Part shown: piece by piece, positions 37,923-51,896 of the stretch
How the letters are laid out: each line of letters opens with the position of its first letter
How positions within the stretch are numbered: position 1 is the first letter of the stretch
NCBI RefSeq assembly: GCF_028641065.1
Contig: NC_073405.1
Location: 18,910,001-18,974,000, forward strand
Direction: 5' to 3'
DNA: 64,000 bases
Origin: Leucoraja erinacea
Taxonomy: Eukaryota
Position numbers and translations under genes: made by a program
Notes under the pieces: model-generated
What the model saw: the letters and a program-made list of their open reading frames with translations, nothing else
Database searches by the model: none
Told to the model about the DNA's origin: nothing

Positions 37923-40749
37923 TATAGTGAAAATAAAGGTCCATCAAACAGTGAGAGTCCATTTCATTTGGCTGAATGTTAGTGATTGCCTGGACACAAG
38001 TTAATACTTCCCTTATCTCTTTTGAGTAAACTTGTTACCTGTTTTTGCACCACAGCATATCTAACAACACCACATTCATGAATGTTTTTCTTGGCAACAG
38101 TACATATCTGGTGCCTTTGATATTCCACAGCCATTTTATACACCCAAGCTGTTAGAATCCTAAACAGTGAACTAAGGTCTCAGCCATAGATCTACCACTT
38201 CCAAAATCTTTATTTCAAAATTTATATTTAAGTTAAAATAAATTACATTGTGACATACATGGGACTGTTGCTGAATGGTGTATCCAATGTTATTCTTCTG
38301 TTTAATAACACGTGCTTCAATAATAATTCTTTCTTTTTCCATTTTCATACTGCAATTGTTTTCTCTGCCAAATACCAATCAGTTAATTATAACATTTCTT
38401 GTCAACCTTTGCCGTCACATCATAATTTACTGCCCTCTATGGAAAGCATTTAAATTTAAACTCCCTGGAACAAAATGTAGGTTTTGGACCTAAGGCCCTT
38501 ATTTTAACTCTTGCGCTTCTGTCAAATATATTATTGAGAATTAATTGATTGATCCTGCTGAGAATCTTGAATTTATCCCTTGAGCTTCTCTTTCTCTGGT
38601 TTGCAAGATCACATATAATTATGGATGAAGGTAAATTGGGATATAATCACTCACTCACCCTCTCACTCGCTCCCTCATCTTCTCAATCACCTACCCACCC
38701 ACAAGTAACATACCAACTCATATCTCTCTCCATTTTCTCCCCCATCTTTTCTTCATCCCCACCTGGCCACTCTCTGAAATAATTCCCCACCAACGCACAC
38801 ACTCACTCACGCTAATACACACCTACTCAGTCACTCCTTCTTTTGCAAGGTAGTTTGCATGGATAGAGGTGGGTGAGGGATGGTCTATTGCCGAGGCTGG
38901 CGTTGCTAATTCTGAAGGCGGCAGTAATGAAGGCTGTATTAACCGGCATGCGTTTCTGGGGTGAAGATGAATGGCCAGTTTCATTCAAGTAAGATAAAGC
39001 AAGCTGGAGTTGGATCACGATGAACTACAAGAATGCACAAGAGAACCTGAAGAAAAGTAAAGCAACTTCCAGGTACGGGTTGGAGATGAATATTTTAGGA
39101 ATTATAAGCCTGGAGGAGAAGCTTGGCAATAAGTAAGCCCGTAGGCTTCTTGCACTTTGTCACTGCAGCTGATAATGGAGGCATAGAAGATTGACTTCAT
39201 AAGAAAGAAAGCACACACTATTCCCAAAGTCACCTTCCCCCAGACTGGGAACACTGTGCAATTTCAGCAATTGTCCCACAGAACAACATTGGCGCAGAAG
39301 TTGCAAGTGCCAATCATCTTCCCATTTCTGTTTGTGCTGGATTCACAATTCACGTGGGGGCACTTGTAACACAAAAAAACACCTCTTGCAGTAAATCCTT
39401 GTGGGGCTGAGATGTTTAGATTGCATGTATTGTTGCCGATTGAATGAAAACCATTCTCGAAAATTACACAGAGCATCTTAGATCCCCACGGGGACCTTGA
39501 GAAAGACTTTTACCATAGTTAGTCCTGAGAATAGATTCATTAAGCAAATAGTGCATCTACTTGGCATGTCGAAGTGATGGTTTATGTGTTTTGGCAAGCT
39601 ATGCCTACTCTAAGGGCCTGTTGACTAATTATATTATAAATCAGGAAGATCTGTATAGAAGCTTTTTTGAGAGTAATGTACATTAAATTCTTTTAAATAA
39701 CATTTCAATCCTAAAAAAAATGATCAAAGACATTTTGAAGAAATATTCACATTTCCTAACTCGCCCACTCATCCACTCATTCGTTATCTGGCCCATCAGG
39801 CCACTCACTCTCTCACTCCCTCAACCTCTGATTCACCTACCACCCACAAGTCACATACTAACTCTTACCACTCACTCATCTACCCTCTCCATTCTCCCAC
39901 CCTTTTTCATCCCCACCCACCCACTCTCCGAACCAATTCCTCACCAACTCATACACTCACTCACCCTCCTGCACACCTACTCAGTCACTCATTCTTTTGC
40001 ACATGCACACTCTCCCCTCTCGCTCTCTATCTCACTCCAACATTACTCTCCCTTTCATCCCCTCAATCACTCTCAGTCACTCTCACTCATCCATAACGTT
40101 CAAAAGCTTTTCGCTGTACCTCGGTGCAGGTGACAAAAAACAAAACTGATCATTCTGTGAGCAGCTAAGACTAGTAAACCTCCTTTGTTAGCAAGAAGCT
40201 ACCCTTCTGTCAGTATTTGAGTTGCAATTGTAAACGTTTAATACTTCACTTTGAATAAAATATTAATTCTTCCCCTTGTGTCTCAAATCCCAAATTGAAA
40301 GTTGTTTGGCGCCATATCCTAATGAACAATTTATGAAGCAGCGATTTACTGATTTAATAATTACTTTTAGCAATTTGGCTTTCAGCGCAGATATTTGGAC
40401 AGTTCTGAGAATTTAGGCAGTGTGCCTTGAGCCACTATCTGGCCTTTTCCCATATATTAAAAATACTTTTCAGGAGGTCTGTGAATCGAGCCGGCCAAAC
40501 TCTTTATCCACATTCCAGCATTGGCTCCCATTGTGCAGAAGTCCGCTGGAAATGCAGCATTGTAAAATTGCAACTTGTTGATAATTGTCTGCACAACATT
40601 TGCATTCATATTTTATACCGCATTGTTTTTCAAATGAATTACAGTTGCGTTTTGCACCTAAATTGTTAAGGAAATGCACCCACTTGCAAAAGTCAACAGT
40701 TGCATCAGTTGATTGCCCAACACGTTGACTGCTGCATTGGACTCAATGC

Positions 40750-41230
40750 ACACACGTTTATTTTTGTTTGATGTACCTTTTCATATCCCTCAGTTCCCTC
40801 TCCCCTACCTCTCAGTCTGAAGAAGGGTCTCAACCCAAAAGGTCGCCTATACCTTTTCTCCAGATATGTTGCCTGACCCGTTGAGTTACTCTTGCTTTTT
40901 GTGTCTTTCATCGGTGTAAACCAGCATCTGCAGTTCCCTCCCACACTTTTTTTCTGCTCCACTACAAAATCTCCTCAAGGTATGCCTAGTTTGAAGAAGT
41001 CCTCCTCCTCTCTCCGACGAGAGTTCTGCAACACCCTTTCTCGCTGCTCCCTGCCTGTGATTCCTCCAGCTCTCATCGTTGGTGGCTTTGATCTGTTTCT
41101 TTGCATTAATTTGTTCTTTGTATCTTTCCATATCTCTCAGTTCCCTCTCACCTGAGTATTAAGAAGGTTCTCAACCCGAAACATCACCCACTCTTTCTCT
41201 CCAGAGATGCTGCTTGCAGTTCCTTCTTAC
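40750..41230 (+). mobile_element. Two tandem Penelope-like 3' fragments
   Basis: pLTR motifs at 40815-40945 and 41155-41230. Confidence 0.7.
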
Positions 41231-41439
41231 ATTATTCACCAGCCAAAAACTCAAGGATTTTTCCGCCTCAAGCATTGCTGAAAAATGAAGATTGAATCTG
41301 CTTCCACCATCGTTCCAAGCAATAAATTCCAGATCAACTGTACACCTTGTGCGAAAGAGAATGGACTTTGTAAAAATTACTCTCATGTAGTCACAAATTT
41401 AGTCAATGCTTCAGTCAACAGTTCAGCTATATAATAACC

Positions 41440-41637
41440 ATATAACAATTACAGCACGGAAACAGGCCATCTCGACCCTTCTAGTCCGTGCCGAACACAT
41501 AATCTCCCCTAGTCCCATATACCTGCGCTCAGACAATAACCCTCCATTCCCTTCCCATCCATATAGCTATCCAATTTATTTTTAAATGATAAAAACGAAC
41601 CTGCCTCCACCACCTTCACTGGAAGCTCATTCCACAA
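41440..41637 (-). mobile_element. CR1 LINE 3' tail
   Basis: Minus strand WNELPVKVVEAG.F..FKNKLDSYM followed by a CR1 3' UTR. Confidence 0.8.
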
Positions 41638-42054
41638 ATCAGCTGTTTTCTGATTAAGCTTCTGTTTGGCCTTGATGAGACCTGAATGAGCTCAACAAAT
41701 TAATCCATAAATAGGTATTGAACCAAGACTCTTCACAGCCTGCATGGTGCAATAGGCTACAAGATTATATATTTACCAAGTTAACTCCTGGGAGATTTGT
41801 GCCACCTTCTTTTTAGGGAATTATACAGTGTACAAGTGGTACATTTAATGTTTGGGGACCCCTTGAGCTCAAACGTAATGCCGTTTCTGCACCATACATC
41901 AAACTTAGACCCAAGACACAACATATTAACTATGTGTCCCTCATATTGCTGTGAGGAAGGGATTTGTATTTATGCACTCTCCCTTCCCCCCCCCGATGTC
42001 ACAAAAAGTCAAAGCTTTACTGCTAATGGCGATTGTATTGAACGACGGGTTAAT

Positions 42055-42500
42055 CACTCTTGATGTTAGAGCCCCCGGCGTGCGCTCGCAGAGTCCCGCG
42101 GCCATTCCAAGCTGCGCGGGGCGGTGATGTTAGGCCCCGCTCCAGGAGCTCTTCAACCCCGCAACTCGGGCGGGAGAAGTCGCCATTGCGAGAGCCCTGA
42201 AAAGCGGTCTCCCTCCAGGGACCCGCGGGCTCCTGGTGCCGCTGTCCACAGACCTGCCGTTGAAGCCTCCGACTCTCCGGTCGGGCCGCAGCAGCAGCAG
42301 CAGCAACAGCGCTCCTCCACCGCTCCACCCGCTCCGGACTCGGCCAGCCCCGCGACGGCGACGGTGAGTCATCGGCACCAGAGTCCCCAGTCTCTTCCTG
42401 TTGGAGGCCGCTCCTCGTTGCAGCCCCAAAGATAACGGAAACCCGACGAGAAAAGGTCGGGTCTCCCGTGCAGGGAGAGATTTAAAAAGTCCCCCCCCCC
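42055..42500 (-). mobile_element. Unclassified GC/CpG-rich interspersed repeat
   Basis: Sharp-edged GC-rich block with (CAG)n and a layout similar to 5390-6090; no TE protein motif seen. Confidence 0.45.
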
Positions 42501-42721
42501 TACAGCTGGGCAGGACATACTGAAGCCTGTAGTCCCAAACCACCTGATGCAGGAACAACTACATTCCTACAACCATCAGATTCTTGAACCAAGCCTGCAC
42601 AACCCTTATACTATCTTGGCAATAGAAAACTATGGATCAACCGTTGTACTACTATGGATTTGTTTTCTAGTTGCATTTTACACAAATGCTTTGAATGTTT
42701 TTCTTTGCATTTTAACATTTA

Positions 42722-42945
42722 GGGCGGCACAGTGGTAGCGTTGCTGTCTTACAGTGCCCGAGACCCGGGTTTAATTCTGACTATGGGTACTATCTGTATG
42801 GAGTTTGTACATTCTCCCTGTGGCCTGCGTGGATTTTTTCCGGGTGCTTTGGTTTCCTCCCACACTCCAAAGACATACAAGTTTATAGGCTATTTGGCTT
42901 GGTAAAATGGTAAATTGTCTCTAGTGTGTGTAAGTTAATGCTAAT
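42722..42945 (+). mobile_element. HE1-like SINE
   Basis: GGGCGGCACAGTGG head and V-domain. Confidence 0.85.
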
Positions 42946-43399
42946 TTAAGTGCAAAATGTATGTATAATTAGTTTTATGCGTTTGTCTGAATCTATGTGC
43001 CTGTGAAGCTGCTGCAAGCATGTGCATGTACCTCACCATACTTGTTCGCATGACGATAAACATGACTTGACTTGACTTGGTCTCTTAGGTATCATTTGAC
43101 CCTAATCTCAATTTTATCTGGATCACGTCAACATTATCAGTGATTCACATAAAGTGTCAGCCGAACCAAATTAATTGCACTCCTAGCTCACATTCTGCCA
43201 CAGTCATTGCTGGTAGGAATGAATAATGAGATGACAAGATAATTGACAAAAAGCTGAGGGAGAGGTGGAGAGATTATTTAAGACATCACGAGATCCTGTG
43301 ATCTGAAATGCATCACCTAGAAAGATGGCCAAAACAGATACAATAATACATTTCAACAGGAATTGGATCTACAAAGGAGAGAGAGAAAAGATCGTAGAG

Positions 43400-43690
43400 C
43401 TTTAGTTTTAGTTTTTAGTTATAGAGATACAGTGTGGAAGTAGGCCCTTTGATTCTTGTACACTAACACTATCCCACACACACTAGGGATAATTTACAAT
43501 TATACCATGACAATTAGCCTACAAATCTGAACGCCTTTGGAGGTGGGAGGAAACGGGAGCTTCCAGAGATAACCCATGCAGGTCATGGAAGGACTTGTAA
43601 ACTCCGTACGGACAGCACCCATAGTCGGGATGGAACCCGGGTCTTTGGCACTGTAAGGCAGTAATTCTACCGCTATGCCACCATGTCACT
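43400..43690 (-). mobile_element. HE1-like SINE
   Basis: Reverse-complement head and V-domain with a (TTTTAG)n tail. Confidence 0.85.
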
Positions 43691-44104
43691 ATGGGGAAAG
43701 AGTAGAGATGGGTGGCATAAGTCATTAGGTTCCACGTCTCGTAAAAATTCACACTGCAGTGTTGTGAACGAATTTGAGCTTGATCGATTCTAATCTCCCA
43801 TTATTGGGAAACAATTGGCTTGTCAGAGACACGTTTATGCCTTCAGGAGACGGAATGAAAAATTAACAAAAGAAAGAACAATCTGAAATTGACGTGTGAG
43901 AACCTCAGGTCTCTTTATAGTCTCTTTAAAGTGGTTAAAGTGACCCAGGTTTATACTTGTTCAGCAGTGTCGTCTGTGTGGAGTTTGCATTGTTTCCCTG
44001 TGATGCATATGCTCTGATTTTCTCCTACAGCCACCAACCTGTCCCCAAAATAAAATCATGTGAATTGGAAGGTTATTTGGCCATTGTAATTTGTCCCTGG
44101 TCTG

Positions 44105-44392
44105 TAGAAGTCTTGCCTCACAATGCCAGAGGCCTAGGTTCCACCCTGACCTCCGGTGCTGTCTGTGTGGGGTTTGCATGTTCTCATTGTGATTGTGTGG
44201 GTTCCCTTCAGGTGCTCCGGTTTCCTCTCACATCCCAAAGATGCCCAGGTTTGTAGGTTAATTTTCCTCTGTAAATTATCCCTAATGTGGATGCAAATGT
44301 AAAATAGCTTAGAACTAGTGTGAATGGGAGATTGCTGATCAGCATGGACTTGGTGGGCCGAAGGGTCTGTGTCCATGCTATATCTCTAAATT
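44105..44392 (+). mobile_element. HE1-like SINE
   Basis: Head, V-domain and CR1-derived tail GGGCCGAAGGG...CTCTAAA. Confidence 0.8.
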
Positions 44393-44639
44393 GATGGGAA
44401 AGTGGGGAATAAAATGGGTTAGGGTCGGATTAGTGTAAATTGTGCCTTGGTCAGTGTGGAATTAGTGGGCCGAAGTGGCTGTTTCTGTGCTACATTCTTT
44501 ATGACTCTATAAAAGATGGATGTGCATTTGTGCACTACTTCCTATGATCTCAAAACCCATCATTTGTCATGAAGTTCGTTTGAAGTGTCAACACTATTCT
44601 AATGTAGAAATGGGACAGTGAATTTGTAAACAGCTATAA

Positions 44640-45175
44640 GGGCGGCACAGTGACACATGATACGATACGATACGATGCAAAACGTTACGATATGATAGAG
44701 CGTTATTTATCCCAGGAGATAAATTGATTTGCCAACAGTCATTGAAACACAAAATACACAAAACAAAAAATACATGAAACATGAAATTAAAGTGATGAGT
44801 GGAAAGGCTTGGGGGATGTGCAAAGATTGGGGAGGCGGGGAGGGGGCGGGGAGGGGAGTCAGTCTCAGTCTACCCCACGACAAAGTTGTTGCCTTATGGT
44901 GCCTGAGTTCTGGGTACGATCCTGACTACCGGTGCTAGTCTGTACGGAGTTTGTACGTTTTCCCCGTGACCTGCGTGATTTTTCTCTGGGATCTCTGGCT
45001 TCCCCCCACACTCCAAAGATGCACGGGTTTGTAGGTTAATTGGCATGTAATAATTGTAAATTGTCCTTAGTATGTGCAGGATAGCGTTAGTGTGCGGGGA
45101 TCGCTGGTTGGTGTGGACTTGGTGTGCCGGAGGGCATTTTTTCGCACTGTATCTCTAAACTAAACTAAACTTAAC
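44640..45175 (+). mobile_element. HE1-like SINE split by a Rex1/Babar 3' end (minus strand, ~44658-44881)
   Basis: SINE head GGGCGGCACAGTG at 44640 resumes as AAAGTTGTTGCCTTA at ~44882. The insert has a (GATAC)n tail and matches 59085-59280 and 61133-61300. Confidence 0.8.
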
Positions 45176-46764
45176 TGAACGATTGCCGACGAAGAGCAAT
45201 GAAGTCACAACCAGATAGCCTAAATCATTTCCTTTTCTCCAGAGATGCTGCCTGACCTGCTGAGTTACTCCAGCTTTTTGTGTCTATCTTAGCCTAAAGC
45301 AGTCATGAGCCTGGAAACTGCGGAATAAATTCCTGCAATCCATGAAATAGAACCACGAGATGTATTATACTTTCCTCGTTAAAAGTCAGCCAATGGCCTC
45401 CGTTTCAAAAGGCACTTACATGGAAAAAAAAAGGAATGTGAAGTGGGGAAATGATTCCCTGCAGGGGAAAGTAATTACGAGACGTTCCCAGTGGAACGTG
45501 CAGTGAAGGCAACAGGAGGACCAGTGGAAGCCCTGAATCCCAGGGAGAATGAAAGCAGTGTGAAGCTGAATGCTGAGCCGTCTTCTTGCAGCTTGCTACA
45601 CAGCTGACTCCCAGCGAAAAGAAAGCTGGAGACTGACAACAAAAAAACCCAGATCCATAACAAAGCAAAGCAGCTGACTAATTAGATAACAGCCTATCAA
45701 TTATTCAAATCAGTTAAAACAAGTTTTAATTAAACATTTACATTTGTTGGCAGTGACAGACTCTACTGTTCCGAGTCTCTGCGAGAGCACAAAATCACAG
45801 CTCAATCTTGAAGAATACATCATGGAACTTCAAAGTGATTTCCCTCAACTAAATTACAAGATTTTCTTGATTTCCTTGGTGGCTTGGTGAGCCATAAGAA
45901 GCACGGGTACATTTAGAAAGCCCAAAGGGAGCATTTAATGAAAGAAAGGCATTTAGATTCTTCATCTGATATGCTTGCACCGAACATGTATAATCTATTC
46001 TATCAATCACTCTACTGCTACCCATTTAATTTATCAATGAATCGCTTTGCAAAGGAGTGTTGCACAACTTCCAAAGGTAATTGAGGTATTATACGAGGAT
46101 AGCTTAGCCCATGTCCTCAATTTCCCTGTTTGCATTGATGCCCACTTCGTCCCGAAGATCCCTTGAGCTCAGAAACAGCCAGAACCCACCTGCTTTTATC
46201 ATTCACAAAATATAAATCTTATTCATAATTTTTTAGATTACACAAAAATTTCTACAGGAACGATATTCTTCTCTACTGTTCAGGCTGTACTGATGTCCGT
46301 AGTCATTGTATTTTTACTCTTATGCTTTGGTTATATTGACTCCTGTGACCTGATATTCTGATCATTGATGTTCTGAGCCTTTGATTTTGATCACCCTCTC
46401 CCAGATATTCTAGCCAATAACTAGCAGATATTCTAATCCCTGTATCTTCAGCATGTTGACCTTACATTTCTGAATATTTTTCATCCTCTTTCTTCGCTTC
46501 AGTAGTGTAATTCATGAAGTTCCTTTTGGTTTTAAAACTCTTCTCTTCATAATAAAATTGAAAAAATCCTCATTTACTCCCATAATATTTTCCCTTTTTA
46601 ATATATTTTGTGGCTGAGTCACTGAGCCTCTTGGTTAGCAAATTCCAAATGCCAAAGGTTCGCTACCAACCAGTTAGGACATTGTATCTCATCCATGCCT
46701 TGACTGGTTGATGCCTTATTTTGGTAGTGTTACCCTTGGTTTGAGACACCCCTGCTAGGAGAAA

Positions 46765-47230
46765 CTGAAGATAGACACAAAATGCTGGAGAAACTCAACG
46801 GGACAGGCAGGATTTCTGGATAGAAGGAATGGGTGACATTATCAGGTTGAGATCATTCTTCAGATTGAGGGAGAGACAGAGATATGGAAGGGTCAGTGTG
46901 AAAACAATAGAACAAAGGGGATGAAGATCTAGGGAGATGCAGAATAGATAATTGTTAGCTAGGGGAAGGAGACAATGAGGCATACAAGGATAACATTTAA
47001 TCAGGAGGACAGTCAGACTGGTTGGAGAACTAGGATGTGGGAGTGATGAAGAATGGGGGAAAACAAGGCTTACCTGAAGTTAGAGAAGTCAACATAGCGC
47101 TGGGGTGTAAGCTGCCCAAGTGAAATATTCCTCCAATTTGCACTGGGCCTCACTCTGACACTGGAGGAGGCCCAGGGCAGAAAGGTCAGTATGGGAATGG
47201 GAAGGGAAGTTAATGTGTTTGGCAAACTGA
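46765..47230 (-). mobile_element. Penelope-like element 3' end (GIY-YIG tail plus pLTR)
   Basis: Minus strand AKH.N.PSHSHTDLSALGLLQCQSEAQCKLEE...LGSLHP. An opposite-orientation PLE fragment follows at 47245-47500. Confidence 0.8.
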
Positions 47231-49459
47231 AACTCCCTCACAAATGATAGCCTTCAACTTCAGATAGCCTTTGCGTTTTCTCTCCATCCCCTCCTCCTTC
47301 CCAGTTCTCCCACCAGTCCTACTGTCTCCGCCTATATTCTGTCTTTGTCCCGCCCCCTCCCCTGACGTCAGGCCTGAAGAAAGATCTTGACCTGAAATAT
47401 TACCCATTCCTTCTCTCCAGAGATGCTGCTTGACCTGTTGAGTTACTCCAGCATTTTGTGTCTACCTTTAATTTTACCAGCATTTGCACTTCTTTCTTAC
47501 TACATTTTGTCCACCCCCTCACAAATGTTGGACTTTTAACCATACCAGCAGTCATATTCCAGAAATTTACTGGCCATTGGCCCAGACTGTTTAATTTCTC
47601 CACGTATCAGATAACAATTGAGAAGTTATGTTTAAATTAAAAAAAAAAAACATTTGGGAGACACCTGGAATCTTATGTACAATTCTGATCCCTACATTAT
47701 GGAAAGGATCTGATTGAGGTGGAGAAACAAAGAACCGCAGATGCTGGTTAATACACAAAAGGATGCAAACTGCTGGAATAACTCAGCAAGCCAGGCAGCA
47801 TCCCTGGAAACCATGAATAGGTGACGTTTCGGGTCGGGTCTGAAGAAGGGTCTCGACTCACCCAGAATTTCAGAGATTTACCACCTTGAGTTTCGGTGGA
47901 CCAATTCAAGGGAGATGGGGAATGAAAACAGTATTCTGAGTGGAACTGTTGTGCAAAGCAGTTTCCTGATCATCGTTTTATTTCTCCAATACAGAGGCGA
48001 CCAAATAGAGTAGACAGCTCAGGAAGAAGCACAAGTGAATCACAGCTTTATCCGGTTGGTGGAACAGAACTTAATTCCAATTGAAAATCCCCCTTTAACA
48101 TTTCCAATTCGCCCAAGATTACTGATGTGTTTAACAAATTCAGCACTTCACAAATCACTGTTGTTCTCTGTTTCCAAGCGCCACACTTAATGTCACGCGT
48201 CAGCACCCATGTGTTCTTATCCGCCCTGCAACAGCTTTAATTTACTCTATCTCAACGCTGAGCTGGTCTACATTTCATCCATCATTACATCAACAGAAAA
48301 CTTTTAAAAATTTGTTTTTGACATTGAAGGTTACAAACACACTCTTGAATTCTAATTCTACACCTGCATCTTCCTCTCCCCTCGCATTCCACTGACACAT
48401 CTCTCTCCCCTGTTCCATCCCTTTTCACAATCCCTTCTGATCCGGTCTGGTCACTCTGGTCCTCTCTCTGATCCTGAGCAATCAATCCTCAGTAGTAACC
48501 TCAGTCCACTCTGTGGCCCTATCTCAATGAATTCTATACCAGGGTGGGTGGATGTTGAGTTCTTCTGACGCCTTTCCCTCTGTGAGTCATGGAATTAGAC
48601 GACACAGGAACAGGCCCTTTGGACCAACTAGTCCAGGCCGACCAAGATGCCTCATCTAAGCTATTCCCATATATTTCATTCTTTGCTCAGGAATATTCAC
48701 TCCTGAATGTGGACCTTTTCTCCCATCTTTAGAATTCACCTGGACCTCTCCATCAAGCCTCTCATTGTTCTATCTGGGACATATGACAAAAACACTCTTG
48801 ATTTGACTGTAACTATTCATTGTTGACTACTATTGTCATCTATCGTTACATCATCAGCAAACAAATATGTCACATATGATTCTCTTCATCAAAATTATTG
48901 CTATATATAGTGAAAGTGACTATGAAGTCCCAATTCAATTGAAAAAGGTGAGTTAAGAGAGCAGATGATCCATCTGTTTGAAGGGAAAATTATTTAATGG
49001 TGGATTGTTGTTTGTGGTCATTGAAAGGTTGGTTGGCGCTGGTGATGTTTGAGTGGTGTTTATTGCAGCACATTTGGCCCATTCTGTTCACACTAACTGA
49101 AGATGAAAAAAAGACACAAAGTGCTGGAGTAATTCAGCAGGTCAGATTGGAGAACATGGATAGGCGACGTTTCAAGTTGGGACTCTTCTTCAGACTCTGA
49201 TGGGTGACACATCTGGTTGGAACCCTTCATCAAACTCTGACAGGTAATGTTTTGTGTCGTGATCTTTCAAAAAAGATGGACCTTTCCCTAATCTGCTTCC
49301 ACCTATCATCTACAAAAAGCTGGAACAACTCTGCCAGTCAGGCATCATCTCTGAAGAAAAGGAATAGGTGATGTTTTGGGTCTTTGATGTAAACCAGCAT
49401 CTGCAGATCTTTCCTACACACGCCACCCATCACCTACGTGCTCTGACTTCCAACGCCAC

Positions 49460-49858
49460 TGTAACTGCCCACATCGGCAGTTAGTTAAATTCTGAACCTC
49501 ACGGTTTTTGGTTCCTACCTGAAATAGTAGCGTTCCTAAGGGGGGAACTAATTGCCGACTTAGTTTCCGGGGGGCACGGTTGTTGGCGCACACAGAAGCC
49601 ATGACTAAGAAGAAACCAAGAAATACCTCTTAAGTAGTAAGCAGTGGACGAGGTATGTTGTTTATTTGCTTGGTTACTGTGGTGTTGTGTTGCTGTATGG
49701 ACGTACATGCATGTATTTTGTAAACTGCATTTTTATTTTGTTTGTTTTTGTTTTTTGTTGCCTTGTTTTTGGCTCAGTTCTCACGGGTTGGTTGGAGCCG
49801 AAAATAAACCCCGGATTTAACCACGACCTCGGGCCTCGTGTACTACTTGGGAGCTACA
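49460..49858 (+). mobile_element. Solo LTR (399 bp)
   Basis: TGTA...TACA termini, AATAAA at 49803, and flanks GCCAC / GCAAC (5-bp TSD with one mismatch). Confidence 0.75.
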
Positions 49859-50311
49859 GCAACCTCTCCCTTAACTGACACCACCTGCCTGTCATCCTTC
49901 ACCTCTCCTTGGCTCACCTGTCACCTACTGACCCCTGAGCCACCCCTTACCCTCTTCTCCTTATACTGGCCATCTACCCGGCCAGTCATCATCCTGATGC
50001 AGGATCTCGACCTGAAACATCAATATTTCTTTTCCCTCCACAAATGCTGCTCGACGCACATATTTTCCTCCGGAAGTTTGTTTTTCTTGCTCCAGATTGC
50101 AGCATCTGCAGTCCCCTGTGTCCTAGAGATACTTGGGTTACCCTCACTTCCAACTGTCTGTCCATACTTCACCTAAAATGGTCAAGTCAAGAGAGTCAAG
50201 GTTGTTTCATTGTCATGTGTCCCAAAATAGAACAATGAAATTCTTTCTTGCAGCTCCACACAGATATGTAAACATAATACTCTGTAAACACCGTAATGAA
50301 CAAACACTAAA

Positions 50312-50640
50312 CATGGTGGCGTAGCGGTAGAGTTGCAGCCTTACAGCGCTTGCGGCGCCAGAGACCCAGGTTTGATCCTGAGTACGGGTGCTGTCTGTAT
50401 GGAGTTTGTACGTTCTCTGTGACTGCATGAGCTTTCTCCTAGATCTTCGGTTTCCTCCCACACTCCATAGACATATAGGTTTGCAGGTTAATTGGCTTGG
50501 TATAAGTGTAAATTGTCCATAGTGTATGTAGGATAATGTTAATGTGTGTGAATTGCTGGTCAGTGCAGACTCGGTGGGCTGGAGGTCCTGTTTCTGTGTT
50601 GTATCCCTAAACTAAGCCAAACTAAACTAAAACTAAACTA
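50312..50640 (+). mobile_element. HE1-like SINE, full length
   Basis: GGTGGCGTAGCGGTAGAG A-box, B-box, V-domain and (AAACT)n tail. Confidence 0.9.
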
Positions 50641-51896
50641 ATAATGTAAAGACACAAACAATGCCCTCGTCTATGTAATTCAGAGCTTCTTTAGAGGTTG
50701 TATTGTTTAATAGCAGGATAGTTGTTGGGAAGAAGCTGCAGTGCACCTAAACCTAGATGTAACAGTTTTCAGGCTCCTATACCTTCTGCCCGATGCAGGA
50801 GAGAAATGAGAGTGTGGCCAGGGTGCTGTGGGTCTCTGACGATACACAAAGATACTGCTGGAATATATCCATCAATGGGAGAAACAGAGTTAATTATTCA
50901 ATTTGGTAAACACCATTCTAATTCAATTCCTTTCTGCTTGGACCCAGCCTGACCCAATGGATGCCTCCAGCACATTTTGTTTTTTTTTAGCCCATCTAAA
51001 CCTCTCCATTGTTTTCCTTACTGATCGCTTTCTAATTTTCTTTTCCCGGGGACCATTAATAGTACAAGTTCAATTACATGCACAATTCCACCGCGGTAAA
51101 CCACTGAGAGAGATAGGTGACATGTTCTGGATACACGTGAAGATGAACAAGATTTTTACGTTTCATTTCATCTATTTTTAATTCTCTTGCTTGTCAAAGG
51201 ATTCTATAATTTAATGGGTTCTTTTGAGCAGCAAAGACATGACATCAATTTCATTGTAGACGCTTTGAGTCAAAAAGCTAGAGACTTAAAGTGTCCTACA
51301 CCGCAGAAATAGGCCCTTCAGCCCCACTCGTTCATGCAGAGCAAGATGCCCCATCTAAGCTTTTACCTTTTGCTCGGATTTGGCCCATATCCCTCCAAAT
51401 TGTTCCTATCAATGTACCTGTCCAAATGTCTTTTAAATGTTATTATTGTATCTGACTCGTCTCCATCTCAAGTATGGGAACCCTTCCTTTTAAACCGTGA
51501 ATTCTAGTTCCAGGTTCTCCTATATGAAAAAAACACCGTATGTTTAAATCAAATCTCCTCATATTCACTTAAACCAGCAGCTGTAATCCTTTCCTATTCC
51601 AAGTATTAATCGACTAAACCTTCTCCAAACTGCTTCTGATACATTTGCAATCTTCCTCCCAGCTATGGTCTTATCATTACCCTGTACAACTGAAGCATAA
51701 CCTCCCAACTTTTATATTTATTTCCCCTAGTAACAAACAATTATATGTTGTTATCTTGCCTATTTACTTGCCTTTATGAATCAGGCACCACAAGACCCTT
51801 TGCATCTCTGAGCTCTGTAATCTCTCTTCATTTAGCAAATATGCTACAATTTTATTTTCCCTGGCAAAAAAAGTTCACCTGATCTTTTCCCAGTCA

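Noticed and set aside
42055-42500. CpG island / poly-Q ORF suggesting a gene promoter or first exon
   Set aside because: Sharp edges and a layout resembling the other GC-rich interspersed repeats; no credible ATG-to-donor structure.
50312-50395. tRNA gene candidates (A/B boxes) here and at other SINE heads
   Set aside because: No full cloverleaf; each continues into a V-SINE body and CR1-type tail.
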